Shown here in pieces: positions 27,834-35,580 of a stretch of 35,580 nucleotides of DNA (position 1 is the first letter of the stretch; every line of letters begins with the position of its first letter). The stretch lies in the UHGV virus genome UHGV-2170436; one strand, written 5' to 3'. The position numbers and the translations under genes were made by a program. The notes under the pieces are model-generated. The model was not told where the DNA came from. It did not search any database and saw only the letters and a list, made by a program, of their open reading frames with translations. This DNA is from a virus.

Positions 27834-28067
27834 ATGACTATGACTACTAAAGCTACTCGCGGTCGTCCTGCCCGTTTTAACGCTGAACAAATGGCTGATA
27901 TTGCCTACGCTTATTATACAGCGGATCGTGGTAAGGAAGCGAAAGAACAGATTCTTAGTGAACATGGGATTTCAATTGCCCAATTCTATAAGAATATGAA
28001 GAAGTTAGACATTAAATTCTATGTTCAGATCGGTGATGGTCAGATCGTAGAAGCAACAGGTTTTTGA
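27834..28067 (+). CDS. small HTH DNA-binding protein (excisionase/RDF or regulator candidate)
   Basis: TRGRPARF...GISIAQFYKNMKKLDIK resembles resolvase-type HTH; 77 aa. Confidence 0.45.
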   Translation: MTMTTKATRGRPARFNAEQMADIAYAYYTADRGKEAKEQILSEHGISIAQFYKNMKKLDIKFYVQIGDGQIVEATGF

Positions 28068-28082
28068 GTTTTGATTCTCTTT

Positions 28083-28106
28083 GCCACTCTTCGGAGTGGC
28101 TTTTTT
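28083..28106 (+). terminator. Rho-independent terminator
   Basis: gccactc-ttcg-gagtggc followed by tttttt. Confidence 0.7.
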
Positions 28107-28215
28107 GTATCTATAGGGTTGTCCAAAACGCCATCGGCGAGTTGGTGGAAGATGGCGCGAAAAGTCGCGTGATGTAGGTATGAAAAAGCCCCGCACGAGG
28201 CGAGGCTAAAAATTA

Positions 28216-29031
28216 TTACAGTCCGAAGACTTCCAGTGATCCAACATTCTGGCGGAGACGTTCAGCCGCTTTATTTTGAATCAGAATAGTGTTGTTCGGC
28301 TTAGGAAGATTCAGAGTTGCTTTTTGTTCTTCTTCCAGAACACCCAATTCAACCAGCACCGGAAGCACATCAACAGTAAACTCAAGCTGGTAGTGAGCAT
28401 TCATGCGGCAGAAAGACAGAGAAGAGTCATTAGCAACATACCCACACGGCTTGTTATTTTCATCATAGACGCGCTCAATGTATCCAGCAGTACGTAAGGC
28501 CGTCAGTGCTTCTTTAACCTTCGTAGCGCCCTTTTTAGCGCCTAACAGACGTGTCATTGAATGGCTGTCTACAGACTTACGAACATGAAGTTCAATCAGC
28601 TTTTTATTTTCACGAGTTTTCTTTAACGCCAGTTCGATCCAGTCGGTTTCTTCAAAGTCTGCATACGGGTTAACGGCTAAACGTTCCTGACGCAGTTTTT
28701 CATTTTCTTCTTTCAGTCGTTTCCATTCCTGAATAACGATCATTCGACGCTTAACATCGTAACCAGTGACAAGAGTCAGCGTCATTTCTTCGTCAAGGTG
28801 ATATTCGGTTTGTTCACGTCCACACTGATCAAGATAGGTGCGCTCAAAACTGAGCACATCTAATTCCAGAGCATCGAGCATGGATTTAATATCACGTTTA
28901 ACGTTTTTATGCTCTTTTCCGGTAAATTCAGCGATCTGACGAGAAGACATGGTCAGCGGTTTGGTGTTATCAACAACCAGAGACACGGAAGCAGGTTTAA
29001 TAGCAGTATTCATAGTAGTAACAGTATTCAT
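28216..29031 (-). CDS. Rha-family phage regulatory protein / antirepressor-like
   Basis: N-terminal SSRQIAEFTGKEHKNVKRDIKSMLD matches the Rha-type signature (..IAE.FGKRH.NVLRDI..L). Confidence 0.6.
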   Translation of the reverse strand: MNTVTTMNTAIKPASVSLVVDNTKPLTMSSRQIAEFTGKEHKNVKRDIKSMLDALELDVLSFERTYLDQCGREQTEYHLDEEMTLTLVTGYDVKRRMIVIQEWKRLKEENEKLRQERLAVNPYADFEETDWIELALKKTRENKKLIELHVRKSVDSHSMTRLLGAKKGATKVKEALTALRTAGYIERVYDENNKPCGYVANDSSLSFCRMNAHYQLEFTVDVLPVLVELGVLEEEQKATLNLPKPNNTILIQNKAAERLRQNVGSLEVFGL

Positions 29032-29122
29032 AGTAAAAATTCCCCTTAAACGGTTTAGTGATTTGGTCCTCCTAGTTCCGGCAGCATCACCGGAACAATT
29101 TTATTTATAAGAAGTTTTTATC

Positions 29123-29269
29123 TCATTTAGATTCAGCAATCGCGCGATCAATTTCTTCTTGAATGCGACGCTGGCGTTCATGGAAGTCAACCATTGAGAA
29201 ATTCAGGTTTGGGGTCCACGGTTTGCGGTTCGGGGTTTTACGTCCATCAATTTTCTTAGTAGTGTTCAT
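29123..29269 (-). CDS. small basic protein (48 aa)
   Basis: ATG at 29269 with GAGGA RBS; MNTTKKIDGRKTPNRKPW...; immediately upstream of the Rha-like gene. Confidence 0.35.
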   Translation of the reverse strand: MNTTKKIDGRKTPNRKPWTPNLNFSMVDFHERQRRIQEEIDRAIAESK

Positions 29270-29327
29270 AATTAACATCCTCTTTACAAATCTAGGTCAA
29301 ATAGGATCAAAGTTGTCAAGTGCGATA

Positions 29328-29356
29328 ATCATAAAAAAGTCAGAAATTTTTGTCAA
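29328..29356 (-). promoter_or_regulatory. sigma70-type promoter (TTGACA - 17 bp - TATGAT) with overlapping inverted repeat
   Basis: Minus-strand TTGACA at 29356-29351 and TATGAT at 29333-29328; -35 lies in the palindrome ttgtcaa-N7-ttgacaa (29350-29370). Confidence 0.55.
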
Positions 29357-29392
29357 TGCCCCCTTGACAAGACGCCAAGGGGTTGACCTAAC

Positions 29393-29860
29393 TTACAGCA
29401 TATCTAAGCCTTCGTCGTAACCGTAGAAGCCATTCTGAGAAGAAAAACAGATTGGTGCGTAGTCGTCGTCATCTTCGTCTTGTTCATCTTCTTCTGGGGC
29501 TTCCTGAGCGGTTTCTTTGCCGTAGTTAAACATTGCTTCATCCAGTTCATAGACAGTAACGAAGCTACCCAGGTCAATGTCACCGGAACGGACTTCAAAC
29601 GGAAGATCATCACGAACAATAATTGCTGGTAGATCCTGGTACTTTAAGCGTTCTTCATCGGTGAAGACGTTAACAACAATGGTCGGCTTCTTATTACGGT
29701 AAAACGCATACCATGCACTAGAGAAATGGGATTCATCAGAGTTGAAAAGGATGTTATAACCACGTTCACGGAACATCTTCATTAACTTGTCATTGTGGAA
29801 GCTATCAGAATCCAGACCCAGAAGGATAAAAGGAGTAGTGGTAGTCATCTTGTGGTTCAT
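29393..29860 (-). CDS. hypothetical protein with strongly acidic C-terminal tail
   Basis: ...EAPEEDEQDEDDDDYAPICF; transcribed divergently from the early control region. Confidence 0.45.
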   Translation of the reverse strand: MNHKMTTTTPFILLGLDSDSFHNDKLMKMFRERGYNILFNSDESHFSSAWYAFYRNKKPTIVVNVFTDEERLKYQDLPAIIVRDDLPFEVRSGDIDLGSFVTVYELDEAMFNYGKETAQEAPEEDEQDEDDDDYAPICFSSQNGFYGYDEGLDML

Positions 29861-30060
29861 AGTGGAAATTCTCTAAAAGAAAGTGAATCAATCTAATATT
29901 ATTTATAAAGAGAAAATTCTTGTTATTATGAAAGGTGATTGTATTCAGTCGGGCAAAGCCCTCCTTCATAGATTTTGAATAAATCATCATCAAAACGAAG
30001 AAGTATCTTTAGAATATAAGAATCTTTCTTTTGGAGAAATAATAATCAGGAAGCAATTTG

Positions 30061-30089
30061 GCAACCGAAGGTTGCAATCCCGAAGGGAT
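30061..30089 (+). repeat. Two adjacent GAA-triloop hairpins
   Basis: gcaacc-gaa-ggttgc (30061-30075) and atccc-gaa-gggat (30077-30089). Confidence 0.4.
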
Positions 30090-30436
30090 AACCAATACCT
30101 TTCTAGAAAGTGATTGTTACTCACTTCGTTCGTTTACTAGAATCAGTTAGTAACTAGTATTAAATCCCTTTCTGAGAAAATCCTTTCAAAAGCGAGTGAA
30201 CGCCGTAGGTGTGAACGTGAGCGAAGCGAACTATCCAATCCCTTTCGAATCCTGCTTGCAGGTCTTAGAAGGTGTTGATGGGCGCTTCGCGCACGGCTAC
30301 GCCGTATTCTTTTTGCGAGATCTTTCTTGAACGTAGTGAGAGAAAACGAGCAAAAAGGAGAACGTTAGTTCGAATTTTATATTCTATGGTCTGTGTGGTG
30401 AAATGTCTTTCAAGATCATACACTTATGAGATTGAA

Positions 30437-30534
30437 GTGTAGGGTTAGTGTAGGTGTGTAGGTGTTATAGTGTAGGTTTACTGGCTAGTGTAGTGTAGGC
30501 CAATCCCTTTAAAGCGTAGGTTTGTAGTGTAGGT
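30437..30534 (+). repeat. Iteron-like direct repeat array (GTGTAGG core, at least 6 exact copies plus variants)
   Basis: GTGTAGG at 30437, 30448, 30456, 30470, 30493, 30527; variants at 30488 and 30514; four copies of the 10-mer TAGTGTAGGT spaced about 22-34 bp apart. Confidence 0.7.
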
Positions 30535-30730
30535 TTTTCATCAAAAATTTTGATAGAAAATTCTTGTATATTATTTAACCAGAAAATCACCAAAAACCGC
30601 TGTAAATGCATGATTTAAAAAGAATCATCAAAAGGTCGCCGTGCTATAATAGGTTATAAAGGTTGATAATCGTTATCCGCCATTTTCACACAAAAATTTT
30701 GATAGTCATTTCTCGCTTAGATCAAGTGTA

Positions 30731-30759
30731 TTGACAACTGTCAAGGATTATTTTATACT
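30731..30759 (+). promoter_or_regulatory. Near-consensus sigma70 promoter (TTGACA - 17 bp - TATACT) with operator-like palindrome
   Basis: TTGACA 30731-30736, 17-nt spacer, TATACT 30754-30759; -35 is part of the near-palindrome TTGACAACTGTCAA. Confidence 0.65.
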
Positions 30760-31102
30760 TTTTCTCGTTGGTAGGGGTTGAAATTTTCGAAACAATCCAC
30801 ATATTGATGATACGCAAGATTTTTTCGTGTATAAATACATGCATGAAAATGATTGTTCACTTCTGAAAATCCCCTGATTCACTGTTAATTCATACAGCAC
30901 TGGCTAAACATACAGTGCTTATTCGATTGAATAATGTACGAATTGATTAATTATTAATCTTCTCTTTAGCAATTCGTGCTCCCACTGATCGGATATACAG
31001 TGGTTTTACAGGGTTTTTCGAAAAACATTTTATAAATAGAATTGTTCAGAGCGAAAAGCTCTTTTTTAAGAAATCATTATTCCAGATTTAGGAGGATATA
31101 AG

Positions 31103-31285
31103 ATGGCACGACCTGTTAAGTTCACTCGTGAAATCGTTTTAGAAATGGCAAAGCGTTATTTTGAACTGACACCTGATGTAGTGATGGGTGAATGGTTTAA
31201 AGGTGAAGGTATTGATCAATCAACCTTCCACAAACTCTTAAAGAAGTATGACATTAAAGTAAAGATTACCGCCGAGGTCTGGTAA
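31103..31285 (+). CDS. small HTH DNA-binding protein (paralog of 27834..28067)
   Basis: MARPVKFTREIV...GIDQSTFHKLLKKYDIK; GGAGG RBS. Confidence 0.5.
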   Translation: MARPVKFTREIVLEMAKRYFELTPDVVMGEWFKGEGIDQSTFHKLLKKYDIKVKITAEVW

Positions 31286-31328
31286 TAACCTTTCACTGAG
31301 AATTATATGATGGCTTTAAAAATAAAAA

Positions 31329-31357
31329 AGCCTCCCTGTTGGCGCAAGGAGGCTTTT
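31329..31357 (+). terminator. Rho-independent terminator
   Basis: agcctcc-N12-ggaggct followed by tttt. Confidence 0.65.
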
Positions 31358-31401
31358 GATATGAACAATTAAACTAACACAGAGCATTCAGGAGTATTTA
31401 T

Positions 31402-32397
31402 ATGAAAAATTCTAAGCGCATTACCTTCAACATGTTTATTAAATCCAACGGCAAACTGAACATCACTGTCATGGAAGGTAAAGCAAGCAAACAAGACAAA
31501 TCCTTTGAAGTAGTATCAGGTAAGACTCTGACCGAAATGCGTCAAAATGCTGGCATCAAAGACGGTGCTGAATGGCAGATCACCAACCGTTTCGACAAAC
31601 GTCACGTTAAACCTACACTGGTAGAAGGTGAATCCGTTTATTGCTTCGCTCGTGCTGTTAAAGCTGATGAAACTTACTATCTGGCTGTTGTTAAAACGGC
31701 TTCCGGCTTCCGTGCTGTAATGCATCACAAGAGCAAACGTAACGAATACGGCGTAGAGACCCAGGAAGTCGCAAAACGCTTCCGTACTGTTGCTACCGAA
31801 TCCACTGTAAAGGATGTTTCTGGTACTGTTAACACCGCTAAAGGCGGTTCCTTCTACAACCACGCATTACAGGTTACTTCCTCCTTCTTCTGCAAAAAAG
31901 AAGCACAGAAAGAAGTTTCTCCGGTAGTAGTTGAAGAAGTTAAAGAAGAAGTTGCAGTGGTTGAATATTCCGAAGTTGAAGCACTGAAAGCACGCATCGC
32001 TGAACTGGAAGCTGAAAACGCATCTCTGAAAGCTGAACTGGCAGCACAGGAAACCACTTTCGAAGTAGCAGCGGTTGAAGTTGAAGCAGTTGAAGAAAAA
32101 TCCATTGATGAAGAACTGGAAGAACTCCTTAACTATCGCTGGGGTGTTGTTGCAGAAGTAGAACAAGAAGTTGCTCCGGTAGTTGTTCCGGTTGAAGTTG
32201 AAGAAGAATCCGCACCTGTTACTAACTTTGAATCCCTGCGCAATAACTTTATGGCTAAATTCAAAACCACTTGGGAAGATACCGAAGAAGAACAAGAAGA
32301 GATTGAAGTAAACGAAGACGAGATCCGCGAAGCACAGATGGCACTGCATGACGCTATCTACGACACCAACTACAGCGCCTACGCATACGCAGCTTAA
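31402..32397 (+). CDS. hypothetical early protein with acidic, Val/Glu-rich coiled-coil C-terminal half
   Basis: AGGAG RBS; 331 aa; no motif recognised. Confidence 0.45.
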   Translation: MKNSKRITFNMFIKSNGKLNITVMEGKASKQDKSFEVVSGKTLTEMRQNAGIKDGAEWQITNRFDKRHVKPTLVEGESVYCFARAVKADETYYLAVVKTASGFRAVMHHKSKRNEYGVETQEVAKRFRTVATESTVKDVSGTVNTAKGGSFYNHALQVTSSFFCKKEAQKEVSPVVVEEVKEEVAVVEYSEVEALKARIAELEAENASLKAELAAQETTFEVAAVEVEAVEEKSIDEELEELLNYRWGVVAEVEQEVAPVVVPVEVEEESAPVTNFESLRNNFMAKFKTTWEDTEEEQEEIEVNEDEIREAQMALHDAIYDTNYSAYAYAA

Positions 32398-32412
32398 TAG
32401 AGAGGTGAATTT

Positions 32413-32655
32413 ATGATGAATCAAAACAAAGAATTTCTGGGTAATCTGATGTTAGAAATTACCAAAATGAAAGAAAGAATGGTAGCGATGGAATCAGAGA
32501 TTAAAACACTTAAAGCTGATAATAAGGCGTTGAGAAAGTCCTTAAAGCTGATTGATGAGACTAATGCGGTTATGATGGATCATGTATTCCCTGAGTGGCG
32601 AAATGAAACTAAACCTACACAACATAAGAAACTTACACTTCGAATTGTTGCATAA
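32413..32655 (+). CDS. hypothetical coiled-coil protein
   Basis: GAGGTGA RBS; 80 aa. Confidence 0.4.
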   Translation: MMNQNKEFLGNLMLEITKMKERMVAMESEIKTLKADNKALRKSLKLIDETNAVMMDHVFPEWRNETKPTQHKKLTLRIVA

Positions 32656-32925
32656 AAAAAGGGACTTCGAAGAGTCCCTAGTAAGTTTAGGTTAGGTTTG
32701 CACAACAAAGATGAGGTTATAATGAACATAATGCCACATTATTCTTTAAAGCCAGAAAAATAACCGCCCCGAAGGGCGGGAGGATTAACACTCAATCTAT
32801 ACTTGTTATGTTTTTATGTTGTATGATCACTGACTATGAAAACACTGTTTTAATGGCTTTTAATCGGGAATCCTCAAAGAAGATCCCCTATTAATAACCA
32901 TAAGGAGAAAAGGCAGATTACACTA

Positions 32926-33099
32926 TTATTTAGTATCCTTTTTACAGCAACTAAAAAGAATAAACAAAAAGAAGCATACCCAGCCGTAAGGCGTACCGAT
33001 TAGAAATTTGAAAAACACCACCAGCGATATAAAAATCAATTTAATGCCAGCGACGATAGTCAAAAACAGCAGAGTAGCAAAGTAGACAAAAAGATCCAT
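32926..33099 (-). CDS. small hydrophobic membrane protein (57 aa)
   Basis: ATG at 33099 with AGAGGA RBS; MDLFVYFATLLFLTIVAGIKLIFISLVVFFKFLIG...; below ORF-track cutoff. Confidence 0.35.
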   Translation of the reverse strand: MDLFVYFATLLFLTIVAGIKLIFISLVVFFKFLIGTPYGWVCFFLFILFSCCKKDTK

Positions 33100-33350
33100 A
33101 GATAATCCTCTTTGAAAACGACCATCATCTATAGTTCAATTCATCGATTTAATTAATGATACTTGAAAGCGTTACACAAAGTAGAAATGCCAATATGTGC
33201 CAGTGAATATACGATAGTTAATCCTACAGCCAGATAAATCAAAAATTCAACCATAGGTAAATCCTCAAATAAGAAAAAGGTTAGCGGGGGATGTTCTCCC
33301 CCGTAGACGTTGACCATCAACATCTTTCATACATTTATTTATAACGCGTT

Positions 33351-33905
33351 TTAAGACACATCAAATTCATCGTCTTCTTCTGGTTCTTGTTCCGGTTCAT
33401 CCATTAATGGTAATTCTTCTTCCTCGTCTTCTCCCAAATCAGCATTTTCGAACAAGTCCCCTACTTCATTTAAACGACGCTCGATGATCTCCCTTAGCTT
33501 ATTCTTCAATGTTTTCTGGTCATTGGCAGATTCGAGAATTTCTAGGGCATCGATCGTACAAATCTGCAAAATAGTCTGTTTCACTTTCCCGCAGTATTCC
33601 GCTAGTTCCTGTTCTACATAACCGACAGGAATCAGGAGATTCATTTTTTCCTGGTTCTCTCGTTCGGCTGCATCTGCCAAAGCACGTTCACGGCGTAATT
33701 TCTCTACATCGATTTGTTCTTTGATAGAAGTTTGTTTAAGCGGGTTGATAATATTTTTCAAGACCCATTCTGTTCCTTCTTTGGCTGGCACGCGGCGGGT
33801 ATTGGTGTTAAATGGCAATCCCCTTTCTATCCATCGCTTAGCGCCACCATTCAATGAATAGCCGTATAAACGGGAAATTTCTGTAAGGGTTAATTCTTCT
33901 TTCAT
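33351..33905 (-). CDS. terminase small subunit (lambda Nu1-like)
   Basis: N-terminal winged-HTH LTLTEISRLYGYSLNGGAKRWIERGLPF and following EKLRRERALADAAE parallel Nu1 (KKQLADIFGASIRTIQNWQEQGMPV; EKLRREVEELRQASE) as I recall it; acidic C-terminus. Confidence 0.55.
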   Translation of the reverse strand: MKEELTLTEISRLYGYSLNGGAKRWIERGLPFNTNTRRVPAKEGTEWVLKNIINPLKQTSIKEQIDVEKLRRERALADAAERENQEKMNLLIPVGYVEQELAEYCGKVKQTILQICTIDALEILESANDQKTLKNKLREIIERRLNEVGDLFENADLGEDEEEELPLMDEPEQEPEEDDEFDVS

Positions 33906-34263
33906 TGGTTATCCTCCATTAAATTTGCGTAATTTTATTTATTGGTTTTACGCACAATCTAAGCGCCTAAATCGCATTCTAACGAAGGGAAAGATCCAGT
34001 AATGGTAAGGGCTAGGAAGTGGGTTAATAGTCGCGTAGCGACCGCGCTAGGACTGCACTGATCACGTTTTAAAATCTCACACGCGTATCAAATACCGGGG
34101 TGCCGAAAACTCCCTTTATCTCATCCGTGGAACAGTACCTTTTTAATTTGTCAAGCATTAATTTCTTAATTTAATTACTAAATCTCATCCCAATAATTGA
34201 AAAAATATCAAAAATCAATAAAGTAAGCATCTAAAAGTCAGTCCATACCAAAAGAGGTATAAA

Positions 34264-35058
34264 ATGAAAAACATTATCGCTGCTATCGTGCTTTCTGCTA
34301 CTGCTTTCGGTGCTGATGCTGCGTCCTTTGATTGCACTAAGGCTACTACCAAATCAGAGAAGTTTATTTGTGCTAATGAGTCAATCTCCGCACTGGATTC
34401 TAAACTTCATGAAGTATATGTTAAGGCTGTTAAGATTGACCCGTCGCTTAAACAAGAGCAACGCAACTGGAATAAAACTGTTCGTGATACAATGATCAAT
34501 ATCGGGCAGATTCAGCCACTGGAGGCTGTATACAACGCTCAAATCCAAAACTTGATGAACGTATTATCTAAAGAAGAAACCGCGTCAGAAAGCGATTCAG
34601 AGACTTCTGCGAAGGTTGAAGAAGAACAACCGAAGGCAGTAGAAACTCTAAAAACCAAAGAGAAACAAGTTGTTCTGGAAAAGTCCCCAAATAGCAACTT
34701 CGTATATATTTGTCCGAAAGTAGTTAAAATAACCACAATTGACGGACTGAGTGTAGAAGATCGTGATATAGTGAAAGAAAACACAAAAATTGTAATCGAT
34801 AAAAACAAAGACAAGGCAAAACTTCTAATTTCTGGAACGATGCACCCCCCAGTTGTAGTGGAAATGAATATTGACGCTGATGGATTCATGTCAAAAACTA
34901 CTAAAACTGGTGTAGAGTTATACGCACAACACGGAAAAACATATTCCGGTGATAAGATGGTTGATGATGTAAGAACACTGGACTATCATCATATTTATGT
35001 TGACAACCGTACCGGAAAGGAAATCGAATGGAAATATTCTTGTGTAGAGAAAAAATGA
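34264..35058 (+). CDS. secreted DUF1311 (LprI-like N-terminal domain) protein, phage moron candidate
   Basis: Signal peptide MKNIIAAIVLSATAFGADA; motif FDCTKATTKSEKFICANESISALDSKL..Y matches the DUF1311 Cys-x-Ala...Glu...Cys...Leu-Asp pattern. Confidence 0.55.
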   Translation: MKNIIAAIVLSATAFGADAASFDCTKATTKSEKFICANESISALDSKLHEVYVKAVKIDPSLKQEQRNWNKTVRDTMINIGQIQPLEAVYNAQIQNLMNVLSKEETASESDSETSAKVEEEQPKAVETLKTKEKQVVLEKSPNSNFVYICPKVVKITTIDGLSVEDRDIVKENTKIVIDKNKDKAKLLISGTMHPPVVVEMNIDADGFMSKTTKTGVELYAQHGKTYSGDKMVDDVRTLDYHHIYVDNRTGKEIEWKYSCVEKK

Positions 35059-35256
35059 TAGAGGCGACATAATACAATCAGAGATAGTTAAACGCCCGAA
35101 TATTACTAGTTAGTTCCTAAGTTCATTTCTTATGGTGTTAATTGCGACTCAGTTGCTATAGAATTCTTCTAATTCATTGATTCTATAGCCCTGTCCTTGT
35201 GATGGGGCTTTTTATTGCAAAATTTTTAGTTATTTTGGGTTGACTACATTCGGGTT

Positions 35257-35559
35257 GCCAATTCGCCTGGCTAACTCTTGCTGAGTGATTTCTGACTGTA
35301 AAAAAGCATTTAACAGCAATACCTTAGAGGCGACGCTCAAAGGTACTTCAATAAAGTGATCATGACTATTTAATGGCGAAGGTAACGGGATAAGCTCGTT
35401 ATCTTCAAAATAAAAATCAAATGCGGTCAGTAAAGCATCTTTTGCCGCTTCCATCGCTTCAGCGACAGTTTCGCCCTGCGTCAACGCTTCAGGGATATCC
35501 ACAAAAGAAACCATATAACCGCCTTCCGGCGCGGGTGTAAGAGTGACGGGATAACGCAT
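35257..35559 (-). pseudogene. hicB: hicB antitoxin gene, 3'-truncated (HTH domain lost)
   Basis: MRYPVTLTPAPEGGYMVSFVDIPEALTQGETVAEAMEAAKDAL fits the HicB N-terminal signature; the HTH begins at ...ITQQELARRIG and is replaced by NPNVVNPK-stop encoded by AT-rich DNA. Confidence 0.65.
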
Positions 35560-35580
35560 AATTTCGACTGTCTCTCGCAT

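Larger units (their letters stand above)
1..35256. mobile_element. Integrated phage-like element (siphovirus-type); right boundary at truncated hicB, left boundary outside window
   Basis: Contiguous phage structural, lysis, recombinase and regulatory genes; AT-rich relative to the hicB fragment; the HicB-family ORF loses similarity after ...ELARRIG at 35257. Confidence 0.7.

Noticed and set aside
30236-30262. tRNA gene suggested by a TTCGAAT T-loop-like motif
   Set aside because: Flanking bases cannot form a T-stem on either strand and no acceptor or anticodon stems could be built.
30437-30534. Possible CRISPR array
   Set aside because: Repeats are only 8-10 bp, irregularly spaced and without unique spacers of CRISPR length; no cas genes.
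31516-32424. Minus-strand ORFs 31516..31863, 31854..32105 and 31867..32424
   Set aside because: All antisense to the 331-aa plus-strand gene, which has a strong RBS and promoter context; low-complexity translations.
1-35580. Identification as a T5-like or lambda-like phage
   Set aside because: Parts resemble T5 (fibre with chaperone domain, M15 endolysin) and lambda (J-like tip, Nu1/gpA-like terminase), but gene order, the capsid fusion and the serine recombinase fit neither; no family assigned.

Overview
The window is almost entirely an integrated siphovirus-like phage element in an enterobacterial-type context. Its right boundary falls inside a 3'-truncated hicB antitoxin gene at about 35256/35257; the left end is not in the window. 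A long late operon runs on the minus strand from about 27.1 kb to 3.5 kb: large terminase, portal, a protease-scaffold-capsid fusion, head-tail genes, a long tail fibre with a C-terminal chaperone domain, major tail protein, tail assembly chaperone pair, tape measure, M/L/K-like minor tail proteins, a lambda J-like tip protein, and a lysis cassette. A large serine recombinase sits directly beyond the lysis end (1501..3180, +). Between the large terminase and a stand-alone Nu1-like small terminase lies an early-like block: Rha-like regulator, small HTH proteins, a 1.2 kb ORF-free region with phased iterons and hairpins, and a consensus sigma70 promoter. The most striking observation is that both the major capsid and major tail genes end in TGA-ACT followed by an in-frame ~41-codon extension ending in a shared basic motif encoded by a 36-nt identical DNA segment, consistent with programmed UGA readthrough. 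All functional calls are made by eye from the translations and motifs; no database search was run.
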